Notes under the pieces: generated by a model
What the model saw: only the letters and a program-made list of their open reading frames with translations
The model's database searches: none
Told to the model about the DNA's origin: nothing
Assembly: GCA_937863565.1 (NCBI GenBank)
Contig: CALMGJ010000009.1
Location: 62,001 to 126,000, forward strand
Reading direction: 5' to 3'
Origin: an uncultured bacterium
GTDB lineage: Bacteria > AUK180
Length of the DNA: 64,000 nucleotides
Translations under genes and position numbers: made by a program
Part shown: positions 29,043-37,425 of the stretch, piece by piece
Position numbering within the stretch: position 1 is the first letter of the stretch
Layout: each line of letters starts with the position of its first letter

Positions 29043-30705
29043 GCGATCCGCTGGCCGTTACTGCGCCGTCCTCTATCAGATAGATGATATCGGCATCATT
29101 GATGGTCGTGATGCGGTGGGCGATCGAGACCAGTGTGGAGCGCTCCGACATCATCCTGACGGCATCGATGATGCGTTTTTCGAATTTGGCGTTTATCGTA
29201 GACGTGGCCTCGTCCATTATGACGATCTCTGGAGCCCTGATCATCGCTCTTGCAATATTGATGAGCTGCTGTTCTCCCTTTGAAAAATTCTTTCCCGATT
29301 CGCTTACTTTTGTAGAAAAACCGCCGGGTAGCGACGAGATCCTTTCATAAATCCCGATCTTTCTGCAAACAGCGAATACTTCTTCATCCGAGATCGAGCT
29401 GTCGAACATCTTGAAATTGTCCATCAAGGTGCCCGAGAAAAGAAAGATGTTCTGCGATACGTATCCGATCTTATCCCTCAGGGTTTCCTGCCTTATCGTC
29501 CCTATGTCTTTCCCGTCCACTTCTATTGAACCGCTGTCAGGAGAAAGGAGCTTGAGCATTAATTTGATCACCGTTGTCTTTCCACCGCCGGTGCGGCCGA
29601 CGAAAGCGGTCTTCTTTCCCTTTTTTATCTCAAGATTGACGTTCTTCAGGACGCCCTTCTTCCCGTCATAGGAATAGCAGACATCTTTGAACACGATATT
29701 ATTCTCAAATGAGAAATCCTCCGTGCCCTTGTATTCCTCGTTCCCTTCATCCTTTTGAAGCTCGAATATCCTCACGCTCGAGGCCTTGGCCTTCTCGATG
29801 AAACTGAATTGCTGCGAAAGCCGGATGATCGGTTCGAAGAACTGCCGTATATAGTTAATGAAAAGGACCAGCGTGCCGTAACTCGTCGCACCGTTCAATA
29901 TCATCTTCCCTCCGGAATACAAAATCACCGCAAACCCGAATATCTGAAGCATCGTTATGGAGTTATAGAAGACGATATTGAGCCTTTCCGCAGAATATCC
30001 GGTGCGGTACATATCCGTATTGAGTTTTTTCAAATGGCCTCTGACAAGACCTATCCGGTTGAAGACCTTCACGATCTCCATACCCCTGAAATATTCAACG
30101 AGAAAGGCGGTGATCTCAGCCACTCTTTTTCTTAGTTCCTTGAATTTAGGCTGCGCCGCTTTCTGATAGAGATACATAGTGAATATCAGAAGAGGGAGCA
30201 CGAATCCCACCGTGATGAGGAAAAGCCTTGCGTTCAAGCGAAGCATTATTATGACCATTCCCGCCAGAACGAGTATATTCGAAAGAAGCGATACCGTATT
30301 GGCCGTAAAAAGCTGCCGTATCGATTCGCCGTCGCTCTCTACTTTAGATATGAGCTTCCCCTCGGGATTCTCCCCGAAAAAATTTATATGCTTTTTCAGT
30401 ATGCTCCCGTAAGTATCCCTTTTCAGATTTATCATGATATTCTGTCCCATCGTTTCAAGTATCACGCTGTTGAAATAGGAAACAATGAAATTGATCATGT
30501 GAAGGACCAGGAACAGAAGGCCGTATGTGTAGAGCTTGGATGGGGAACGGCCCATTATGCCCTCGTCGATGATACCCTTTATAAAAAGGGGCGTGATGAT
30601 GGCGATCGCCGAGGAGAAAAGAAGAAGGAAAAAACCCAAAATGGCCGAGGACCTGTTCGGTTTTAGGTATTCAAGCCATTTTCTTATTATTTCGCGGGTC
30701 TTCAT
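28972..30705 (-). CDS. ABC exporter half-transporter (TMD+NBD), heterodimer partner
   Basis: 6 TM, GRTGGGKT, degenerate signature FSKGE, MDEAT, AHR. Confidence 0.92.
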   Translation of the reverse strand: MKTREIIRKWLEYLKPNRSSAILGFFLLLFSSAIAIITPLFIKGIIDEGIMGRSPSKLYTYGLLFLVLHMINFIVSYFNSVILETMGQNIMINLKRDTYGSILKKHINFFGENPEGKLISKVESDGESIRQLFTANTVSLLSNILVLAGMVIIMLRLNARLFLITVGFVLPLLIFTMYLYQKAAQPKFKELRKRVAEITAFLVEYFRGMEIVKVFNRIGLVRGHLKKLNTDMYRTGYSAERLNIVFYNSITMLQIFGFAVILYSGGKMILNGATSYGTLVLFINYIRQFFEPIIRLSQQFSFIEKAKASSVRIFELQKDEGNEEYKGTEDFSFENNIVFKDVCYSYDGKKGVLKNVNLEIKKGKKTAFVGRTGGGKTTVIKLMLKLLSPDSGSIEVDGKDIGTIRQETLRDKIGYVSQNIFLFSGTLMDNFKMFDSSISDEEVFAVCRKIGIYERISSLPGGFSTKVSESGKNFSKGEQQLINIARAMIRAPEIVIMDEATSTINAKFEKRIIDAVRMMSERSTLVSIAHRITTINDADIIYLIEDGAVTASGSHDELQKKSTIYKRYNDILGGFLE

Positions 30706-30720
30706 CGTCTGATATTACTG

Positions 30721-31278
30721 TTATATCCCGTTTTCCATTATAACCCTTTTCAGAAAAGCGTTCAGTGCAGGATTCTTGATCTCTTTTAGCGCGCTTTTAA
30801 GGAATTCCTCGCTGCCGAAATCGGAATGTTTTTTCTTGTACTCGATCGCCTGAAAGGCCATCTCGAGCCTGTCAATATCCTTGGCAAGCCGGCTCTCCGG
30901 GGTTTCTCCGTTCTCGAACTCTTCCCAGATCTTCAGAAAAAACCGCCCGTTCCCGAGGCGCTGGAACAGCTTTTTCACGGCGGCACGTTCAAGCGCGCTT
31001 TTTTCCTTCTTCGGTATCCCGTCCGCCGGAGTGATATCTCCTGTTGCGATCTCACAGAATTCATGAAGCACGCACATCATGAGCACCCTTTCGGTATCTA
31101 TGCCGGGGAACTCCCGTGAGAAGAAAAGCGAGAGCGCTGAAACCGCAAAGCTGTGTTCGGCGACCGTTTCCCCGTTTTTTATGCCCCTTAAGTACCATCC
31201 CCTGCGGCGCAGTTTTTTCAGTTTCACGAACTCGCGGTAAAGGCCGTATATATCCCCGAGGCTGTCATTCCTTTTCAT
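30721..31278 (-). CDS. HD-domain hydrolase (HDDC2/YGK1-like 5'-deoxynucleotidase)
   Basis: LK...R.GW, ETVAEHS, LHE..E...GDITP, EFE..ETPE, DRLEM..QA.EY. Confidence 0.85.
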   Translation of the reverse strand: MKRNDSLGDIYGLYREFVKLKKLRRRGWYLRGIKNGETVAEHSFAVSALSLFFSREFPGIDTERVLMMCVLHEFCEIATGDITPADGIPKKEKSALERAAVKKLFQRLGNGRFFLKIWEEFENGETPESRLAKDIDRLEMAFQAIEYKKKHSDFGSEEFLKSALKEIKNPALNAFLKRVIMENGI

Positions 31279-32524
31279 GCGAGGCCTCCCCGATGTGTCT
31301 GTTGCCGTTCATATACAGAAATGAAATGAGCATGCAGATGAACCCGAAGCATGCCATTGCATATTTGATGCTGAGCATCTTCGCGGCATATCCGTAGAGG
31401 AGACTGCCGAATGGCGCCATCCCGATAAAGGCCATTGTGTATATGCTCATTACCCTGCCTCTTTTCTCGTCGGCCACGCTGTACTGGAGGATCGTATTGC
31501 TGCCCGCGATGATAAGCATGTTCGCAGCACCGAGAATGAACATAAGAGGGAGTGAAACGAAGACATTCCGCGAGGCGGAAAGTGCAATAAGCGAGAGTCC
31601 CGTGAACAGCGGGGCTATACCCACGATCCGGCCGAAACCCTCCGTTCTTTTTTTATTGGCAAGGAAAAATCCTGCCATCATAGCGCCGACCCCCGTGGCC
31701 GTCATGAGAAAACCCAGTGTTTTAGGGCTCGGAGAATTGATGACCTTATGTACATATACCGGCATGATGACCATATAACTCATTCCCACAAGGCTCACTG
31801 CAGCCAGATTCAGGATAACAGACCTTATCGTTCTGTGAGTGAACGTGTACCTGAGACCGTCCCTTATATCGTGTATGATCTTTTTAGTCTTTTTGAATTC
31901 CCGCCTTATATCGAGCGTCATCGCCAGAAGGGCGAATATCACGATAAGGTAACTTATCGCATTGACCAGAAAGCAATATCCCTCCCCTATAAGGGCGATC
32001 AGAAAACCCGCAATGGCCGGGCCTATGATACGGGCCGCATTGACAAGGGTAGAGTTCAGAGCAATGGCATTGGGAAGGTCCTCCCTGTCGTTCACGAGAT
32101 AGAACACCATAGAATTGCGCGCCGGCATCTCGAATGAATTAACGAATCCCAGTATAAGACTGAGCACCACGATCTGCCAGACGGCGATCACTTTGAAAAG
32201 AACAAGCGAGAAAAGGGTCAGGGCCTGGAGTGTGGCTATGACCTGAGTCAAAAGGAATATCTTATACGGATCATGCCTGTCGGCATAAGCGCCGGCAAGG
32301 GGCGAGAGCAGAAATGTCATTATCTGGCTTGTAAAACCGACTATGCCCAGCATCACTTCTGAACCGGTAAGGCGGTATACAAGCCACCACATGGCCAGTC
32401 TCTGCATCCAGGTCCCGACCAGGGAACCTCCCTGGCCGATGAAATAGTACCGGTAATTTTTATATTTCAATGCCCGGAAAGTATGTTCGAGTCTGAGCTT
32501 CAGACCTTCTCGGATCGGGTTCAT
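31265..32524 (-). CDS. MFS transporter (MFS_3/DUF894-like)
   Basis: RAL...NYR..F.GQ..S..GTWMQ, G..ADR, NAIALNS...N.ARI.GP, RGRVMS. Confidence 0.9.
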   Translation of the reverse strand: MNPIREGLKLRLEHTFRALKYKNYRYYFIGQGGSLVGTWMQRLAMWWLVYRLTGSEVMLGIVGFTSQIMTFLLSPLAGAYADRHDPYKIFLLTQVIATLQALTLFSLVLFKVIAVWQIVVLSLILGFVNSFEMPARNSMVFYLVNDREDLPNAIALNSTLVNAARIIGPAIAGFLIALIGEGYCFLVNAISYLIVIFALLAMTLDIRREFKKTKKIIHDIRDGLRYTFTHRTIRSVILNLAAVSLVGMSYMVIMPVYVHKVINSPSPKTLGFLMTATGVGAMMAGFFLANKKRTEGFGRIVGIAPLFTGLSLIALSASRNVFVSLPLMFILGAANMLIIAGSNTILQYSVADEKRGRVMSIYTMAFIGMAPFGSLLYGYAAKMLSIKYAMACFGFICMLISFLYMNGNRHIGEASHEKE

Positions 32525-32531
32525 AGTGCAT

Positions 32532-32559
32532 ATTATACATTTTTAGCGGTTTTTTGCTA
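32532..32559 (-). promoter_or_regulatory. Putative leaderless promoter of the MFS-HD-ABC operon
   Basis: Perfect TATAAT ending 7 nt before the ATG; weak -35 (TAGCAA, 16-nt spacer); no SD. Confidence 0.55.
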
Positions 32560-32878
32560 CTGTTTTTTATAAATGCATGGCCCTTTCCCGCTGACGACGG
32601 CATGCCATTCGCTTTATTAAACCGCCCGCTGGATAAAATAATTCTTCATATAGTGATTTTTTCTAAATAAATGTCTCTTTATGGTATTTGGATATTGTTT
32701 TCTATATTTTTACATGGTTATTCGAAAAACTATAAACAGTGCGGTCATTTTTTATTTCGCAATTTATCTTGCAATGACTGGGAGGAGATGATAGTGGCAA
32801 TTGAAATTTAGATCTTAATTTTTTTGTTTTTACCGCCGCGCTGTGTTCTGTACCGAATGTATTCTGTAATCCGCCATT

Positions 32879-34135
32879 TTAACCGTTCCGCGTCATGATT
32901 GCCGAACCGTTGGGAATTGCATAATAGGAATATCCCGTGGAGTACTTTTCCGCTAGGAGCTTGTCCATTGCAGATTGAGACCAAACGTGTTTGAAATGCA
33001 TTTTCTCCGCCCAATCCAATATTCTTTTTGAATACAGTATGATATTGCATTTATTTAATTGTTTTGCCATCAAATAAGCACTGTGGATACCAAGTTTGAT
33101 CTCTTCTTTTTTTAATGACAATAGTTCTCCAACAGGTTTCGCCAACCAGTTCTTAAAAATATCGTTACCGGCGCCATCAGGAAAATCTCCGATAATAACT
33201 ATTGTTCCGCCTCTTTTCACCGCAGATGCCGCGGTTGCAATGGCTCTCTGTGCATGATAAAGGCTCGCATCCTTTGGGGAACCTCCACAACTTGCAAAAA
33301 CTACGTCAGCAAAGTCTTTTATCGCTACAGTTGTAAGTTCCCTGCAAAGATCCACTCCTTTTTGAAAAGCGGTTTTATGCTCTCCAGAAAATATGCCGTT
33401 TATCTTTCCTTCGGTATCTCGGACGAAATTTATTATATAGTCAAGACCTGCAATATCTGCCGCCTCGACCATTTCCATATGTATCGGGTTCCCCTCGAGA
33501 TTTCCCAGGGCAGCCAGTTCAGAGATTACCATTGAATGATTCGCTTCTATGGTCTTATAGCCAGATATTCCCGGGAGAATTGCTTTCCGACCACCGGAAA
33601 ATCCTGCGAACACATGGGGATTGATCCCGCCCAGCCCTATAAGAATATCCGATTCCCGCACCGTTCTATTCAGATAAAGATCGTTCCCGGAACTAAGTTT
33701 TCCTGTCAATATCAACTCGGCAGAATCATAGGCGTCATGGTGAATAATATTGACCCGCGACAAATTTTCAGCGCCGTATAGTTGTATACATTCACTATCC
33801 CTCTGCCGCGGATGCGATCCGTATGCAACGATCAGCGAAATAACGCAGTCTGAGCGTTCTCGAATAAAAGATATGAGAATATCCAAGATCTCCGGATATT
33901 CGGGATTCTTCCTGGTTTTATCCGCAACGATTATCGATAGTTTCTTAGGCTTTTTCTTAGAAATGAGCTCATCAAGAGAAGGCCTTTCTACGGATTCATT
34001 CAGCAAAGCATTAAGAGTTTTTGAAATGTCTTTTATTGGATTGGAGCGCGGGATATCAAGGATTTTTAGAAGCCGCCCTTTGGGCTTGATGGAAATCTCC
34101 GAATCGGAGTACGCGAATTTCAATTGAGCCCCCAC
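32879..34135 (-). CDS. LarA superfamily nickel-pincer racemase/epimerase (DUF2088)
   Basis: DKTR, G.H, PHVFAGFSGGRKAILPG, ANH, GNPIH.EM, SCGG.PKD..LY. Confidence 0.88.
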   Translation of the reverse strand: MGAQLKFAYSDSEISIKPKGRLLKILDIPRSNPIKDISKTLNALLNESVERPSLDELISKKKPKKLSIIVADKTRKNPEYPEILDILISFIRERSDCVISLIVAYGSHPRQRDSECIQLYGAENLSRVNIIHHDAYDSAELILTGKLSSGNDLYLNRTVRESDILIGLGGINPHVFAGFSGGRKAILPGISGYKTIEANHSMVISELAALGNLEGNPIHMEMVEAADIAGLDYIINFVRDTEGKINGIFSGEHKTAFQKGVDLCRELTTVAIKDFADVVFASCGGSPKDASLYHAQRAIATAASAVKRGGTIVIIGDFPDGAGNDIFKNWLAKPVGELLSLKKEEIKLGIHSAYLMAKQLNKCNIILYSKRILDWAEKMHFKHVWSQSAMDKLLAEKYSTGYSYYAIPNGSAIMTRNG

Positions 34136-35106
34136 CGCTGACGGGCTGAATCAAGTATGCGTTTAAACATCTCCTTATAGGGTATTCCACTCAGCTCGCA
34201 GCACTGAGCAAGAGTCCTGTGCGGATGGAGGGTCGCATCGGCGTTAAACTCGAGGAAGAAATGCTCCTTGTTTTCATTCTGTCTGATATCGAATGTACAG
34301 AAGTCAAGTGGTTTGAACAGATCATATATTCTATTGCAGTCATCCAATATCCCGGCATACAAAGGATCCGTGTGGTCTATATGAATTTTGTCGAAGACCC
34401 CGGCTTTTTTCGCTTCAAAGAAAAGATATTTATCTCCCAGAGGTTTTCCCTTATATACATCCTCCGCAATACAGACGGTTCTCGGTGAACAGTCTCCAAT
34501 CATACCCACTTTAAGTTCTCTTCCCGGAATGAATCTTTCTACTATGAAAGGCATCTTGAAATGCAAAAGCGCTTTTTCGACGGCTTCATTGAGCATGGAG
34601 CCCTGCAATATCACGGAATCTTTTCCTATTCCGACAGAAGAACCTTCGTGAGCGGGTTTTATTATTACAGGGCAATGAGGAAAGCAAGCAGATTTTAAAT
34701 CGGCGGTTTCTTGAATATAAGTCCAGTCCGGAGTTGGTATCGACAGCTTATCAAAAAACGATTTCATAAGATGTTTATTCTGGCTTACCATCTTTGAATA
34801 AGGATCTGCGCCCGTATAAGGGATCCGCATATATTCATAAATACTTGGCGGGGATGAGAGTCTAAACCTTTTTGAAAATCCTACCGATAAATTTAAAATG
34901 ATGTCTATTCCTTCCACAATAGAACTTCCGGCTCTGCAAAGCTTATCCGGGGGACCGAGGATAACAGGCACATGATCGAGATTGAAGAGGGTCTGCAGTA
35001 TTTTATCGATCTCAATATCTTCGCGCCAATGATAGAGCTCATTTATTGAAGAAATCCCCATTTTAAGTGCATCTTCTCTGGTTTCAAGAACTATCCCTAT
35101 CTTCAT
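34120..35106 (-). CDS. D-Ala-D-Ala-ligase-like ATP-grasp enzyme
   Basis: IPYTGADP, K...K, IPTP, IIKPAHEGSSVGI, VERFIPGRE, D.R, FFLEFN. Start MKIGIV is coupled to the vanW stop (TAATG); ORF track gives 35124. Confidence 0.85.
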   Translation of the reverse strand: MKIGIVLETREDALKMGISSINELYHWREDIEIDKILQTLFNLDHVPVILGPPDKLCRAGSSIVEGIDIILNLSVGFSKRFRLSSPPSIYEYMRIPYTGADPYSKMVSQNKHLMKSFFDKLSIPTPDWTYIQETADLKSACFPHCPVIIKPAHEGSSVGIGKDSVILQGSMLNEAVEKALLHFKMPFIVERFIPGRELKVGMIGDCSPRTVCIAEDVYKGKPLGDKYLFFEAKKAGVFDKIHIDHTDPLYAGILDDCNRIYDLFKPLDFCTFDIRQNENKEHFFLEFNADATLHPHRTLAQCCELSGIPYKEMFKRILDSARQRWGLN

Positions 35107-35930
35107 TACCGGATCCTCTTGCATTCCGGGGTGTATCTCTCCCGTTTAAAATATGTCAGTTTTTTCCCTTTGGCATCCTCGGTATATCTTTTTGTTTCAA
35201 CTAGCCATCCATTGATTATTCTGTACGAATTCACGTCAATTTTCCTGTTTATAGGTTCGGGCGGGATTTTTTTAATGATGTGCGAGAGGACAATAATTTT
35301 GCGTTGTGTTTCTCTTTCGGAAGCTATCTTACAAATAACCTTCCGTTCGTCTTCCGACACTTGCATTGATATCGCGATCCTAAAAGGCAGATCATTTTTA
35401 AATTTTAAATCCCTTCTTCCAAATACCACAATGGCATCAAGGCCCAATGCAATAAACCGTTGGTCACCCCAGATATCTATACTGTGATTGTGTTTTTCAA
35501 GAACTTTAAGCCCGGAGTGAAGTGCACAATTGAAGAGGGTGGTGCTGATCTGGCATACGCCTCCGCCAGAGGAATGTGTTAATTCTCCGCCAACAATGAC
35601 AGGGCCCTTAAGATATCCCCTTGCTTCAGACCGCTCTCCAACTACTCTGTTAAATGAAAAGACATCATTTGGTTCAAGTACGATACCGTCAATGCAGCGG
35701 CAGCTTTTCTTCATATTCTTGATCCGGTTTGCATTCACTTCTTTAAGTTCGGGACGCATTCTGATATCCGTTTGAAACATCCCGATAAGGAAAGGATATT
35801 CTGAAAAGGAGGATGTTCTGTTATTCTCCTTGACGAATCGATATCCTTTTGCCGTATTCATCACGGTTTCGGTAAAAAGTCTTATTTCTCTAAAGTGCAG
35901 AGCGGCATCGGGTTTTTCCTTATTTTTCAT
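35106..35930 (-). CDS. vanW: VanW family protein (stand-alone, no membrane anchor)
   Basis: N......IDG..L.P..VFSFN..VG.....GY, GGGVCQISTTLFN, HNHS, GLDA.V.....DLKFKN. 274 aa from ATG 35930; ORF track gives 35996. Confidence 0.85.
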   Translation of the reverse strand: MKNKEKPDAALHFREIRLFTETVMNTAKGYRFVKENNRTSSFSEYPFLIGMFQTDIRMRPELKEVNANRIKNMKKSCRCIDGIVLEPNDVFSFNRVVGERSEARGYLKGPVIVGGELTHSSGGGVCQISTTLFNCALHSGLKVLEKHNHSIDIWGDQRFIALGLDAIVVFGRRDLKFKNDLPFRIAISMQVSEDERKVICKIASERETQRKIIVLSHIIKKIPPEPINRKIDVNSYRIINGWLVETKRYTEDAKGKKLTYFKRERYTPECKRIR

Positions 35931-37119
35931 ATGGAAGATCCGGATATTTGACCCAGTTTCCTTTCCAATTTTTAAATACAATGACAGGAGTGCCATTGTT
36001 CATTTCATATTTGAATTTTGGAGTGCTTTTAAGTTCAAGGGGAATATCCTGTTTTCCATCAATATGGAAAAGACAGTATCTTGGAAAAGCAGGACCCGGA
36101 ATGGTTCTCCGTAAAGGCAAAAGGAGTTCACAGCCTTTTCTTACACTGAGCCCGTAATGTGTCCGCCCCAGAGCATAAGGAGCGTAATGAAAAAGATAGT
36201 AGGGAGATATTCTCCGGGAATAGAGTCCTGTAAAAAGTTTTTCCAAGATTTCACTACTGTCATTAACCCCCTTTAGTAATGGGCATCTGTTCAAAAGCAT
36301 TGGACGGTATCCTTCCGTCTCAAAAAGTTCCAAGACCTCGTCAACTGCCGAGGTCAGTTCTCTGGGATGGCTGAAATGTACTTCGAGGACAGTGAGCCTG
36401 AATTTTTTGAAAATCGAGATCAGCTCTATATCAAATCTATACGGCAGGAAAGTTAAAGCCCTTGTATTAAGGCGGATCGTTTCTATGGAAGTCACGCTTC
36501 GCAGATCCGATAATATCCGATAAAGTTTTTTATTACTGATAATAAGAGGGTCTCCTCCGCTAATAAGAACATCCTTTATCCGTGGATTATTTCTTAAATA
36601 CCGAATCGTGTTTTTCCAGATATCTTCTCCAAGACCAGTTTTGCTTTTTCTGCTGCGGTCCAGAATACGGTAAGTCAGATAACAGTAATTACAATGCCCG
36701 AAACAACTATCTACCACTCTTATAATCGCTCTGTCGGGATATTTATGTTGAATAATCTGCGTCGGGAATTCGGTTCGTTTTTCCCAATTTACGTTTTTTC
36801 CGTTATAATCGGTCATGCCACGCATTTCACTGCTATGTAAATATTTGAATTGATTCCAGATGGGATCTCTCGGTTTCGGATTCCCGTGTTCATCAAATTC
36901 TATCAGCGAAAGAAGATATGGCGTCAATCCGATATTGTATTTTTTCCTGTATTCTTCATATTCTTTTTCTTCTGCTTTGCCTATACCCGGGAAAAATTCA
37001 GTGATTTTCGAAGCATTATCAAACCGGTTCGCAAGTTGCCAATGCCAGTTTTTCCATTTTTTTAAATCGATTTTTGCGATTCCCGGGAGGGTCGCATTTA
37101 TTGCATAATTATTCCTCAC
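35920..37119 (-). CDS. KamA-family radical SAM/PLP 2,3-aminomutase, substrate unknown
   Basis: W.NW.WQL.N, TPY, DPI..Q, HKYPDR, CFGHCNYC, SGGDPL, HPRE, LLKGVND, PYYLF, GK (PLP Lys), NWKG. Confidence 0.88.
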   Translation of the reverse strand: MRNNYAINATLPGIAKIDLKKWKNWHWQLANRFDNASKITEFFPGIGKAEEKEYEEYRKKYNIGLTPYLLSLIEFDEHGNPKPRDPIWNQFKYLHSSEMRGMTDYNGKNVNWEKRTEFPTQIIQHKYPDRAIIRVVDSCFGHCNYCYLTYRILDRSRKSKTGLGEDIWKNTIRYLRNNPRIKDVLISGGDPLIISNKKLYRILSDLRSVTSIETIRLNTRALTFLPYRFDIELISIFKKFRLTVLEVHFSHPRELTSAVDEVLELFETEGYRPMLLNRCPLLKGVNDSSEILEKLFTGLYSRRISPYYLFHYAPYALGRTHYGLSVRKGCELLLPLRRTIPGPAFPRYCLFHIDGKQDIPLELKSTPKFKYEMNNGTPVIVFKNWKGNWVKYPDLPYEK

Positions 37120-37357
37120 TACTAAAAATCACCCTTGTTATTGGACTGTTAGCCTGTAATAAAAGAGCTCTTACCGCCCTTGAAATTTCTTTCATCGGCA
37201 GTAGTAGAACAATTTCCCGGAATGTGTTCTTAAAGATCGCAATTCTTCTCCTTAAGAACAAAAGTACACCTTTCCGGGGTTTTCTTAAGTAATTATTGTT
37301 CCTCATTGGATTATTTCTATTCCTGGTCGATATACCTTTTATCAAAGTCAATCTCAT
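37109..37357 (-). CDS. Small Arg/Lys-rich hypothetical ORF (82 aa)
   Basis: Overlaps the aminomutase start by 11 nt; AGAGG sits immediately upstream; no recognisable motif. Confidence 0.35.
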   Translation of the reverse strand: MRLTLIKGISTRNRNNPMRNNNYLRKPRKGVLLFLRRRIAIFKNTFREIVLLLPMKEISRAVRALLLQANSPITRVIFSSEE

Positions 37358-37425
37358 CCTCTCTGCAAAGTATCTTCTTCCCCTATTTCAGAAAAAAATC
37401 CACTGCATTCAACATAGATTCTCAT
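37354..37425 (-). CDS. Putative 23-aa leader peptide MRIYVECSGFFSEIGEEDTLQRG
   Basis: Its TGA overlaps the next ATG (ATGA). The start lies 7 nt below a TTGAAA-N17-TTAAAT promoter-like element at 37433-37461. Confidence 0.25.
   Translation of the reverse strand: MRIYVECSGFFSEIGEEDTLQRG

Noticed and set aside
27261-30705. Degenerate ABC motifs (FDD, SYR, FSKGE) as a sign of pseudogenes
   Set aside because: This is the normal asymmetric pattern of heterodimeric exporters with one degenerate ATP site.
32879-37119. A canonical van glycopeptide-resistance cluster
   Set aside because: No vanR/S, vanH, vanX, vanY or vanT, and the ligase lacks canonical Ddl/Van motifs. The D-hydroxyacid dehydrogenase at 60.8 kb is distant and unlinked.
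37317-37382. Minus-strand fragment KILCREDEIDFDKRYIDQE* resembling an IS200-like transposase C-terminus
   Set aside because: It is very short, has an in-frame stop just upstream, and shows no HUH motif or flanking hairpins.
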